NCBI RefSeq assembly: GCF_000143415.4
Contig: NW_003314299.1
Span: forward strand, 1,038,063 to 1,102,062
Direction: 5' to 3'
DNA length: 64,000 bases
Source: Selaginella moellendorffii
Taxonomy: Eukaryota; Plantae; Lycopodiophyta
A program made the translations under genes and the position numbers. Of the stretch, positions 51,142 to 63,100 are shown piece by piece; positions within the stretch are counted from its first letter, which is position 1, and every line of letters starts with the position of its first letter. Below the pieces are notes generated by a model. The model was not told the DNA's origin. It saw nothing but the letters and a program-made list of their open reading frames with translations, and ran no database searches.

Positions 51142-54090
51142 GGACCCGAAGGCGCGCCAAAGGTGAGCTAATTAGCATGGGTTAGCTAGGTCGACCAGGC
51201 GTAGGGAGCTACGCCCGACTCCCAGCGGGGATGTCGAAACCGTAGACGTATTCTACGGAGGTTGGGTTCGAGTCCCAACCCCCTAGTAAAGCAAGGCTGG
51301 GTTCAAGTCCCGACCCCATACTAGGGCGTGGTGAGGGGAGGAATATAGGGACACCTATATTCCGTTGTCATGAGCTCTTGGCCGGGGAGGCTAACTTAGG
51401 CACACCGCTAAGTGGGGGGATGCCCCCGGAGACATGGTCAACAAGTCGTAGGATAAAAAAGAGACGTTCGATGTGGGCATCGAACTTCTTCTATGGGTGG
51501 TGGAGTTGTAAGGAACCAACTCGCCGAGGTGTCGTAGGCTAAGGGAACCCCGAAAGCATGACCAAAATGACAAAGAGTTCATCGGATGGGACCAAGTCAA
51601 AGATCGAGTCCAAGACCGACTCTAGGACCGAGTTCGAGATAGAGTCCGGAATCGAGTCCAAGACCGACTCGGGGACCGAGTTCGAGTCCGAGTTCGAGAC
51701 CGAGTTCGAGACGGAGTCCGAGATCCGAAATCGGGTCCGAGACCGAGTCCGAAGTCGAGTCCGAGGTCGGGCCCGAGATCGGGTCCGAGATCGAGTCCGC
51801 GATCGAGTCCGAGACCGAATCCGAAGTCGGATCCGAAATCGGATCCGAGATCGAGCCAGAGACTAAGTCCAAATACTAATACGGGTCAAGGGGTGAAAGC
51901 CCAAAGCGTGCGTCCCCCAGGGGGGGGGGGCTGCAGGGGGTTCCAAAAGTATAGTAGGGATAGTGAGGTCCAGGAACCAGTTTTGAAGGGACTCTCCAGT
52001 TGGGCTTCCAAACCGACTTGAGGTTGGGACTGGGACTAAGGGGCCTTGGGTGGGAGTGAGCATGGACTTGGCTGGTGCCGGAGGGGCCATCCAAGGAAGT
52101 GCTCAAGAGCAGCTCCCACTCCCGAAAGGGAAACCGATTGCGGTGCTCCCGGCTCATGTGGAGTGGTGCCCCACTTGAGTACCATGCGGCTCATTGGTCC
52201 TCGCCCTTCCTAGGGGCTTGGGCCTTCCTTCGGGATGGAAGTGGGGGGCGAGAGGTACCCATGCCGGGCCGTTAGGCCACGGTGTTTCGCCCCGGCGTCC
52301 CGAAGCAAGTGTTGCACTCAAGACTTGGGATTTAGAGGGTCCCATGATCAAGTCTTGTGGTACCAAGGGATGTTAGGAACCTGGAAGCTTGGTGTGCTTG
52401 GCTGCTTGTGCTTGCGGGGAGTGTAGCCGAACCTTAAGTCCAGTCTAACCCGGGGAGGGGGATTGGGAGTGATTTGGGAATCCGTGGAAGGATGGCTAAC
52501 ACTCCGTTGCTCGTGCAGTGAGTAGCTGAAACCAAGTAGGAGCTGGTACCATAGGCGAGAACCTTGGCAAGGGAACTTAGCAAAAGCCAAGGCAGTGTTG
52601 GACGGATAGACGAGGTAAGCTGGCAAATTGGAAAGGAAAAATTTGTGGCTTACAGACATGAAGAAAGTGTTTCCAAATTTTGGTTATGACTTGGATGACA
52701 TTCTTGAGGAAGGGGAGAATTGAGTTTTGTAATTATATTGCTATATAATTTGAGTTGTTTGTTTTATTCTCATTCTTTTATTTCCATGATCATATTGTCA
52801 TGCGAGAAAGCCGTATTGCTTTCTTTCTTTTGTGGCCATTTGTTGTGATGCTGGTGTTGATGTTAGCACATCTTTTCTTCATGGCCGTATTGCTGTGGAC
52901 TCCTTTCATATGAGGCTTGTTTAGCTTCTCAAAGTTGCCATTCGTGGCTAGGTCATAAGGAAGGGGAGAATGACACAAACCACAGGAATATTCCAAGAAT
53001 ATTCTATGGCCTGTGGGATTTAAGGCTGTAATGCCTTAAAGGTTGGGAGGTTGGCCTAGGGTTCACTTTCTTGTTCATTTCAACATTCATAAGGGATTGT
53101 GGCCAGTCCATGGAAATTTCCCCCTCTCACACAAAGTAAAGCTCTCGATTCTTGGAAATTTTGATTTCTTACTTGTAGCATAGCCATGGCCACCCAGCTC
53201 CAGCTTGGCTGCTCTATAGCCATGCACTATAGTAGAGCATAGCACTATACCCATGAGTAGGAGCAGCCATATTTCAAGGTTTAGATAGATCTTGTTGATA
53301 GGCATGTTTAAATATCTTTGAGAATAAAACTAATATTATAACCTAAATTAGAATCTTGTAAAACCTATTATATAAACTATGTATTAAATAGGTAAATCAA
53401 ACTGTCATAAAAACTGTTATATAAACCATGTGCCATACTACTTAACAAACCATACATAAAACACATATTATTTTTTTATTTTTTTTACTGGAACTCATAT
53501 CAATTTTAAATATGAGTAAAAATAATAAAAATTATATAAAAACTATGTTATATAACTTTTGGTGAATTATATGAGGATAATCTTATGACACCTTTAGTGT
53601 TTAAAAGTCCCTATTCCTTAAGTGATTCTAACTAAAATTGTTTAGCACCACTATATTAAAACCAATTTGTTAAATCAAGTTTTTATATGAATTACATTTT
53701 CAACTCTTTTAGGAAAATTTTCTATACTTCCAAAGATCCCAAAGTTACTCTTTTATTGGCCCTTTTTCTATCCACTATACCACTCATGAGTTCATATATG
53801 AACTAAAGCTTAGAGCCACACTCTCATGACATCCTACTCCTTAATCTAGCCCCACTTTTGGGACCTTTAAATGTTAATATCAAATTATGATATATTTGGC
53901 TACCAATAGAAATCAATCTAAGGAATATTAAGTTCTAAGTGATTAAATTTTTAATTCTACTTTAATCACTTAACCATATTTTTTACTATTTGGAGGAGTC
54001 TTACTCACAACTTTCATAGATTCTCATCCCAACTTAAGGTACTTACTAACCCCCAGAAGTGATCTCAAAGCCACACTAATTTCACATTTG

Positions 54091-54683
54091 TGTAAGCTCC
54101 TGAATTTGGACTTCCCGAGAGGTTACCTAACCCAGTACATTCAAACCCAATGACGTTTAACTCCAAATATCCCAAGACCCTTAACCGATTGAAAAAGGGA
54201 GTGCACTCTTGTTCATGGGCCCTTTTCTTTTATATTTGAACCCTATAGATCGCCTATCGAGTCGTTCCTTTTGGTTGCTTACAATCTACCACACTTCCCT
54301 ACAAGTTCATGCCCTCGTGAATATAAACTGAGAGCCGCAGCTCTCTTGAGAGCCCGCCCTCTTTACACCTTACCCCTCGGGTCAAGCCCAGCCAGGAGCA
54401 AACTGGACTTGCCAGATGTCAATCAACATGTGGTGTGATTCTCTTAGTCAACTAATAGAGTCGAACCCGAAACCCCTTTGATACCAAATGTAAGCTTTTG
54501 AATTTGAACTTCTCGAGAGGTTACCCCAACCCAATACTATTCAAACCTAAGTACGTTTAACTCCAAATATCCCAAGACTCTTAATGAATTGGAAAACAAG
54601 GTGCATTTTTGTTCATGGGCCCTTTTCCTTTATATTTAAACCCTATAGATTGTCTCTCAAGTCGTTACTTTTGGTTGCTTACA
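54091..54683 (-). mobile_element. Complete Cassandra-type TRIM (LTRs 54091-54283, 54489-54683; 205 bp interior)
   Basis: Two 5S-containing LTRs, minus-strand PBS TGGTATCAAAG, PPT GGGAAGTGTGGTAGAT, flanks ATTTG/ATTTA. Confidence 0.88.
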
Positions 54684-54894
54684 ATTTAATTTAAGTTTTT
54701 CATGTGTTCAATCCCATTTTAAACACCTAAAGGTACAATTGAAATACTAGCCTTTTATGCTAAGGCCATATCTATCCTCATTGTCTCATTGATAGCATAA
54801 AACCATCCATACCATAGTTATGTCTCTTCAAAACTAAGTTATCTATCCATGAATATCATCCTATGATCATACTTTAGCATTTTTCCTAGAATAG

Positions 54895-55099
54895 TAATCT
54901 TGATTCTAAGTGTGTTTTTGAGGAGTTAAATCTTTAGAGTGTTCTCTTGAGATGATTGAGAGAGATGTTTAACCTCAAGTATCTCAAGATCTTTAATCAG
55001 TTGAAAAAGAGGGATGCACTTTTATTCATAGACCATTTCCCTTTATATTTGAACTATTATGAATTTTCTCTTAAGTTGTTTTTATTTTTGTTGCTTGCA
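54895..55099 (-). mobile_element. Degenerate Cassandra-type LTR
   Basis: Weak colinear similarity to 54091-54283, ending ttgttgcttgca. Confidence 0.55.
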
Positions 55100-57799
55100 C
55101 TTATGTGACGCAATAGATATTATGATATCCAAGAACACTCTTTTGTTGATCAAATTTGTTTAGAGCCACTGCGTTGCCACTAGCAAGCCATGAGCATTTA
55201 AATAAAACTCATTATTATATGTGTATTAGACTGGATTAGATGTCAGAAATTAAAGTCATAATAAAAAATTAGTACTATATTACATGAATATTAACTAGAT
55301 AGCTACTAGAATTTGCATATATGGTACTTGGGATCTTCCAACATCACTCTATCAAGAAGACTTTCAGCAATACAATGCAACAAAAATCATATTTTTTGGA
55401 TGTTAGAGACAAAAGATATAGCTTGAACCATCACAATATGAGACTTGCAGCAACTTCAGGGACATTCTGGCTCTTCTCTTCAATCGGTTGGGCCAGCATA
55501 GAATATGTGTCCAAACACTCATTAGTGGAGCAAACAAATTTTCTCACTTCATATATTTTTAGTTGCATTTGGCCATAAAAGCCACTTCATCCTAGGTTGT
55601 ATTACATGCTACATCAAATCTTAATAGCATATAAGCTGCTACTTTGGGGATGGTCCAAAGTTGAGTTGAGCTCAATTCAGCACAAGTCAACTCAAGTCAA
55701 CATGGTCAACTAAAAGATTTACAAAGGAAATCTAAATTGAACAAATAAAGGTTCTAACAAACTTTAAAATATTGAAATATATAAATATCCAAGTTAAAAG
55801 TTTCTATAAGATTGAGTTGTTTAAAAAAGACAAAGTTCATAAGAACCTATCTTTTGTAAAGCTATATTATTTTACTATAACTATTGTTACAACTGTTATA
55901 TTTTGATTTGACTACATAATATTTTGAATACTTTTAGAGCTATACATACTATTCCTTCACTCAAAAGATTTTTTAAGGTTCTTGAAAAGATGGGAAGCAA
56001 GGAAAATAAAAGATCTGTGAGTAAGAGTTGTAGGGCAAAAGAATGTGAGAATGTTAATTTTGTTTCACTACTATAATCTCTATATTACACTCTTAATCCT
56101 TATTACTCATTTGGGAATGTGGAGACCATTATCACAATCAATAAAAATACTTCTCTTACTATTGAAATAATAGTCCAAAGCAAGAGAAATAAAGAAATAA
56201 ACAATATGGCAGAAAGCACTAAGAAATCTACTCCATCATGACATTTGTAATTTACATGTTAATTCATATAAAAAACTCTATTGCTGTCTATATTGCATCC
56301 CATATGAAAAGACTAGTCTTGGAAATGGGGCTTTATAATCATAACTTGCTTGTAAATATAAGAGATTTTAGAATTCTAGATTATTGTGTATACACAAAAT
56401 TTTATGGCATCGTTTGCTTCACACTTGTTCATTTTATCTGTTATTTCATCTTTATGCTTATCTGAAGCATACAAAATATTTTCAGGTCTAATTCTTCCAT
56501 GATCAGCACTGCATATTCGTCGGCTTGCTCCTTGAGTTTCGAGAGCTTGTTCTCACTCACACTTATTTTAATGAATCATTATGATGAAATCCTACTTTGC
56601 TACTTTTCTATATATGCTAAATTTCTAAGGAAATAGATTGTAGAGAAATATAGACCACATTATAGTAGCAGAGCACATTGGCACGCTACCATTCTCTCAT
56701 GTGAGATTGTTTTTCAGTTTTGGAATGGTAAATAAAGTTGATTCTTTGATGTGATATTACTTTTGAGTCTTTCGAAAGATTTCAATTTCTTTTATTATTA
56801 TTTATAAGCAACTCCTAAAAACTCTTAATGAGGATTCATTGCAAAAATATATGTTGATATTTAAAGAATTTGAGTATTGTCAGTGTTATAATAAATAAAC
56901 CTCATTCCCAAGATTAAAACTTAGTATGTACACTATCTAGAAAAGTTATGGTCATCGTAGTTTTATTGTTCTCCTTGAGGTCTTTGGAAGTTTATATTGA
57001 AATGGCTTGAAAGAAAGTCACTGTTACTTGTACTTGGCCCCCCAGCATTTTATACCAATCTCCACCTCCATTCCCAAGTTTTACCAATATTTCACTTTCA
57101 CCCCTATATAACAATCTTCTTTCTATTGAGGGTTTTAGTGAAGCTAAACTAAAGCTCCCTATATATGAAATTTCGGATCTTGCTACTAGAGAGGGATTGC
57201 CTTCAACCCTTCAAGAGCAATGCCACATATTTTTGCAAGATCTTGCTCCTGATATGGTAGGACTACTTGAAAACACAGAACACTATTACATTTGGTGTTC
57301 AATATGCTACTTTTTTTTGGACAAGACAAATGGCTCTATAGGTTTACAAATTTTTTTTGAGCGCTGTAGCAATTGCCTAACAGCAGGTTTGGAAAACATA
57401 TGCATATACAATATATTCCAGAATGAGTTATGGATATATACCCACTATTGCTTCATAGTGAGGAACAACATTCCCTTGGAAAACACTACATTGGCTAGTG
57501 TAAAATATAGGGCTTTTAAGCCACCCTACAATGGAATATAAAATCTAGAATTACTTTACTATACTATAGTATTATCACTTTTAAAAGAAAAAATATAATA
57601 AAATGATAGTTGTAGGTTACATACTTTGTTCTAGAAGGTGGTATCATATCATATACAATTTCTTACAAGATGTTGAAGGAGGAGATGGCAACACACAAGC
57701 ACTACAAAGTGATGGTAACAGATGACAAGGATAATTTGAAATTATGATATCTGACACTGACATTATCATTGACATCTGACACTTTTACAAACATTTGAT

Positions 57800-59475
57800 A
57801 TATAACAAGTTCTTCATTTCATATAAGGATGCAATTAACTTTCTTCTGCCTCATCATCAATATATTGATTTCCTTTATACTTTCTCTTTTATTGGTAATA
57901 TGGGGAAGATTCACCTTGCATATGTTGAATTATGGCTTTTGCATAATTGGGGAGACTTCCAAAGCCTCCAATTCTAGAAACTCTATGTGATTATGATCTA
58001 TAAAACAAAACTAAATATATATTGAAATCTTAATAAACATAATTTACCTCTTTGAGGTTGAAAGCAACTTACGAAATCCTGTGAACTAGTATTTGAAGAA
58101 ATGATGTTCTTCAATACCAAACACTAACCTATCAAAGTCACGTGTTGCCTCCACCATAGAACTACTACTTGCTGTGCAATCAATCACAACACCATCTGGT
58201 GGGCAATAAAACTCAAACAAGACTTGCATCGCCAATGGAATTCAAAATTGGCACCTTAGAAACATGCTGCAGATTTTCCCATCCACAAGGTTGGGTATGA
58301 TGTTAGTGGAATTGTCGTACTCTGGCAAAATATATGCTACACATTCACTATCATAAAACCCATTATGTGTGTTTCTATAAAAGGCATGATAGGTCCATAT
58401 CATAACCTAAAAAATAAGAAAGTTTAGAAATTAGATTAAAATATCAAATACATACTCACCTTTTTAGGCTACCCCTCGTATTGATGCCAATAGGATCCAT
58501 GATGCACTTGGAAGAGAATGACTTGAAATGAACTTTTGCTGCACACGTTATAAACTCATACATCTAGTTGGGGTTGTTTTGTAGGATGAAGACGACATGG
58601 CCAACTTTGAGCATAAGTGTTTTGGACAAAAGAAATGCATCGCATATGTGGTCAAGTGTGAGAAAGTTCCAATCCTCAACTTTCCCATCAATATCTGAAA
58701 GATTGTCTAGAAAATCGAAGAGAATGAAATCCACAATTGGGAGCAAGGGCCTTTGTTTGTATTTTTCAATACCAACGGTTGAACTGGCACCATATATCCA
58801 TATTAATATCATTTTCCATGAAAGATATTAACAATCTATTGTAGGAGCCAATGAAGACACCCACAATGCTTTATTGTGTTATTGGGGAAATAGGACAGAC
58901 CTATAGAAAAGATAAGTGAATGAAAAGGCAATAACTAATATGCTACTGTCATATGGCATGTTGTCAATGAGAGTTCCTTTAACTCCTCTTCACGAGTATC
59001 TTGTCGAGCTGGAATGAAATTACTACCAATAGTTATTATTACAAAAAACATATATTACCACTTTTAGTTTGTAAAATTCACTTTTGCTTATCGCAAGATC
59101 GACATGATATTCTATGAACCACTTAATCATTGTTATTTATTGATGGAATCTGATCCAAATCTGGCTGTTTGATGGTTGAACTAAAGCCTAATCCTAGCTA
59201 TCCGGTAGTGGAATGCAAACTTGATCCAGAGCTTCCTCATCCTCCTCTTCATCGTCACTTGCATCACCATCAGTGTTGGCATTGACAACTTCCTCCTGAT
59301 CTAGTGTAAGGGTCTCCTTCTCTAGGAGCTCCAACTCCCAAGGGCATTCTATCTTATGTACCTTTGGAACTCTCGCAAACATTGTTAGGTACATTCCTCC
59401 ATCTTTTACACCCTTTTGTAATAAATCGAGTGTAAACTGGTGCCTCAAATGGCATGCCTCTATATTAAAGATACC
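57800..59475 (-). pseudogene. Spliced pseudogene with beta-class N4C/N6A DNA-methyltransferase-like domain
   Basis: VDFILFDFLDNL (motif IV-like, 58734-58699) followed in the next exon (58406-58073) by LFEFYCPPDGVVIDCTASSSSMVEATRDFDRLVFGIE (motif X/I/II-like). GT-AG intron between the two exons; several stops. Outer boundaries are uncertain. Confidence 0.6.
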
Positions 59476-59702
59476 TGTAAACAATATATACTTAAAAAAT
59501 ATCTTAGAAATCATGTTATACTTGTAAGTTACATGTCTCATGAAATAAGACTAACCATATTAGCAATTATAAGTTGTTATGCTTGTAAACTTCTCTGGCA
59601 ACCACCCCTCTTCAATCCCTTCCAATGATGTGTTGACATAGGTGTCAAAAGACATGAATGTGCTATCTATATCATCACTAATGGTGGCCAACCCAAGCTT
59701 GA

Positions 59703-59961
59703 CCTTAAGCACTTTGGCCACTTAAGGGGCCAAAGTTATTTGAATAACCTCAGCCCCTCAAATGGCCAAAGTGCCCAAGGTGGCTTGACCTTGGGCACTT
59801 TGGCTACTTGAGGGGCCGAGGTTATTTAAATAACTTCAGCCCCTCGGGCAGCCAAAGTGCCTAAAGTGGCCAGCCCGAGCTCAACCTTAGGCACTTTGAC
59901 AGCCTAAGAGGCTAAGGTTATTTGTATAACCTCGGCCCCTCAGGCAGCCAAAGTGCCCAGG
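59703..59961. repeat. Three tandem ~78 bp imperfect palindromes
   Basis: Each unit reads GCACTTTG..GGTTATTT.nATAACCT..GCCAAAGTGC, at ~59703, 59790 and 59885. Confidence 0.85.
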
Positions 59962-60124
59962 TGGCTCGCCTGAGCCAAAGTGCCCGAGGTCAAGCTCAGG
60001 CTGGCAACAAAAGGTGATAAAAGCAAAAAGAAAAAACATGGAATCAATCAAATGGAAACTCACTCTTGGTGGAATTGTTACTTCCCAATCTCTCAATCAT
60101 GTTGGATCTCTCGCACTCCCTCAC

Positions 60125-63100
60125 TGTAGCGCACATGGTTTTGACCCTTTATCCCATGGTGATTTACCATAGGATAACACCACGAAGCGGAACCTAAACC
60201 CTCTTTGTGCCACGTGACAGATGCCACGTGTCACATGCCACGTGTCCATGCCACGTGTCCACAGGAACCTGAGGTTCAGGGCCTTGGGCCACTGAACGAA
60301 GGAACGGTGCCAAACTCCCAAGCTTGGAGCCGAGGAGTGACAGAACCGAACCACGGAGCAACTCCTGAGCATAAAGCCCAAGGAGCGAAGGGGCGGGAGC
60401 CCGGAGCGACTTGGAACAGTCCTGGAGCAACCAGCATCCCAATGCTAGGACCAGCACACAAAACGGAGCCAAACGGAGTCTAGCGCTATTTCGGCATACC
60501 GGTGGCCTAACGCGAGGATATGGGTACTCCACCAACTAGCATGGAATGGAACTTGGGCTTAGACCCAAGCCGGACGCAGAACAAGGACAGGCACGCAAGC
60601 GGGAGCTAGACTATGCCTCAGGTTGGTCGGCCATGCCCGACCTACCCACTATCCCTACTATACATTTGGAACCCCCCCCCCCCTTGAGGAACACACGCTT
60701 TGGGCTTTCACCCCAAGCCTCCCTTAGTATCAGGAGTTAGTCTCTGGGACAAGCTCGAAACTTACTAAATATGGAATGTCCCTAGATTGCGAATTTGGAC
60801 ATGGGACAAACACCATTGTGTTCAGGACAATCTCTACATTCCGTAGATATGCCAAATGAGCAAATCTGGACACTTTCCATAAATAGCATTTGGGACCGAA
60901 TTGAGACTAACACAAAGGGCATGATAGCGAGGGTGTTTGGCAGACACGGTAAGCTATCATCCGGCGATATTGAGGGACCAATCTCAATACGCGAGGGTTC
61001 TTGTCAAGCCAGTGCAAGACAGAGCAAAAGAGAACTAAGAGCCAGGCCGAGTATGCTCAGCTAGAAACACATAGGAGTTCCTACCTTATGTCCATCTGGC
61101 TAAGTACAGGTGCTAAGCCCAGTAAACTAACACTTGAACAAGAGGGACTGAGAAAAGGAACTAGCAATACCGACCTCCTGCCATTGTGGCAGTAAGGTAA
61201 GAGTGTTCGTAAGGACTAGCCGACAGGTAACTTTCGATACCTGAAGTCACATTCGCGACACTCTCCCCCCCTTGGGAAGATCGACGTCCTCGTCGATGCA
61301 TACTCGAGTCTAGAATACCGCCAAAGAAACAACTCCAGAAAAAGTTCACGGTACTCACACTATGTGAGAAATGCACCAACTTAAATGAGTTAGGGGTAAC
61401 CTCTTTGTCTAACGCGGATGCGCTACCAGCTCAGACACCTTCCGGCCGTCGCCGACAAGGAAATGACCAACGGAGTCAGCCACCCTTGCTGCTCTGGGAG
61501 TCACCCAGCTTACAAAAGTGTGATACGCCCCTGCCCGCAGGAACATAGAGAGAGAAGCCAGAGGCCCCAACCCTCCTAAGCAAAGAAACCAAACCCGTCG
61601 GTAAGGTTTAGATAGACTACTGTAAACAGGCAGTTAGAGTTGTTTACACGGTCACGCCCTTTTAACGGAATAAGGAACATCGACAGAGAGGCGGGTTATG
61701 TGACCAGTCGACAGTAGCTACCCCATGACTAGAGATTTCAACATGCACACGAAGTGCCGAAGCCAGTCTGCCCATTACTGGCCCAAACTTAAAGATCAAT
61801 AGACGGACAATATCAAAGTCATAGACAATGATAGCTTAGAGACTTAATTATCAGTGATTATATCTTAGAGTAGAACACAAAAGTATTCCAAGCAAGTTAT
61901 CACCCGATAAACCAGTATAAGAGTGTAGGAACCACCAAGATCATCATAAGTGGTAAATATAGGATTCACCATCAAACAAAATTCAATAGCAAGTATATCA
62001 TCAAGTAAACTCAATGATAAAGTTTAACTATTAAAGATTGTAGACAGAATGCCAAACAACTTACGAAAGATAACCCAAAGAACACAAAGTATCATTGACT
62101 GGCAAGCAAAATGCTCGCAAATGTATCACTCGGAGGAAATAACATCCCAATCTATCAGAACAAACTTAAGCAATAATCAACAGAATAGAATGAATGTGGT
62201 AAGACCAACAAACACTCATTCCTGCCAACTATCACAAAAGCTAATTCGAATAGATCCCAGCCAACAATACCAAGGAACTCAAGTTGCCTAAACAAGTGTC
62301 AGCAACATCCTATCGATGTCTCAAACCCAAGTGACCAATCCAGAGCAAACCACAAAAAATATGTGATATTGCGAAAAGCCATAAGCTATCAAAGAAAACA
62401 ACTAACTATCATGAAAGATCATCAATCATCCCATCAATGCAGTGATGCATAATCATTGTCAAAGAAGGAATCCACCATCCCGAAAAATGGCAAATCATTC
62501 GATATCAACAATAATCAAGCAAAACTCTTGACAAGGATAATCAACTATCTTAGATGATAGTCAATCATCACCAATGATTGCTAGATGCAAAGACTAACGT
62601 CAACATCGAAGCTAATGAGCTAAAATGCCTTCCCCCAACAACTCCTAACAAATGGAACAATGAGCATGAAAACTCAAAGAACCAAAAGCTTGAAGAAGTC
62701 TATAGCTAAGTCTTGCATAACAATGATCACAAGTCTCGCACGAACTAACTTCAATGCTAAAGAAGAAATCATGGTACAACCCACAATATCCTCCTCAACA
62801 CATTCATAAGCTAAACTTCATAATGCAAAGCTAATAAAAAGCATGTCTGCATCAATCCAAAAGCTAAGTATAATGAAGCTATGCTCAACAAGTGATCACC
62901 AAATGATCCTCCATGAATCCATCTATAGCAAGACGTAACTTCACTTCATAACAAGCACAAAAAGAATCATCAATGATCGATACATTCTAACTCAAATCCA
63001 ATAAGGATTCAAATATTCCAATACCAATCACTAACTCTCCCACTTGTAGAGTTAGTATAGTCCATGACTGAATCACTTTTCAAGGAAAAGCCAAAGCTCA

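Larger units (their letters stand above)
45558..52654 (+). mobile_element. Very young Ty3/gypsy LTR retrotransposon (1148 bp LTRs 45558-46705, 51507-52654)
   Basis: TGTAAG..CTTACA LTRs, only two substitutions spotted by eye; GACAT TSD; PBS TGGTATCGGAGC (tRNA-iMet type); PPT GGGTGGTGGAG. Confidence 0.97.
43283..53082 (+). mobile_element. Old internally deleted chromovirus-type gypsy (112 bp LTRs 43283-43394, 52971-53082), interrupted by a young gypsy
   Basis: LTR pair, degenerate PBS, PPT AAGGAAGGGGAGAA. RNase H (KTDASD), integrase (CYDVPSAGHLG, SISMDF) and chromodomain relics (ELFVQ..GY...ITWE|MKKVFP). No protease or RT seen. Confidence 0.85.
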
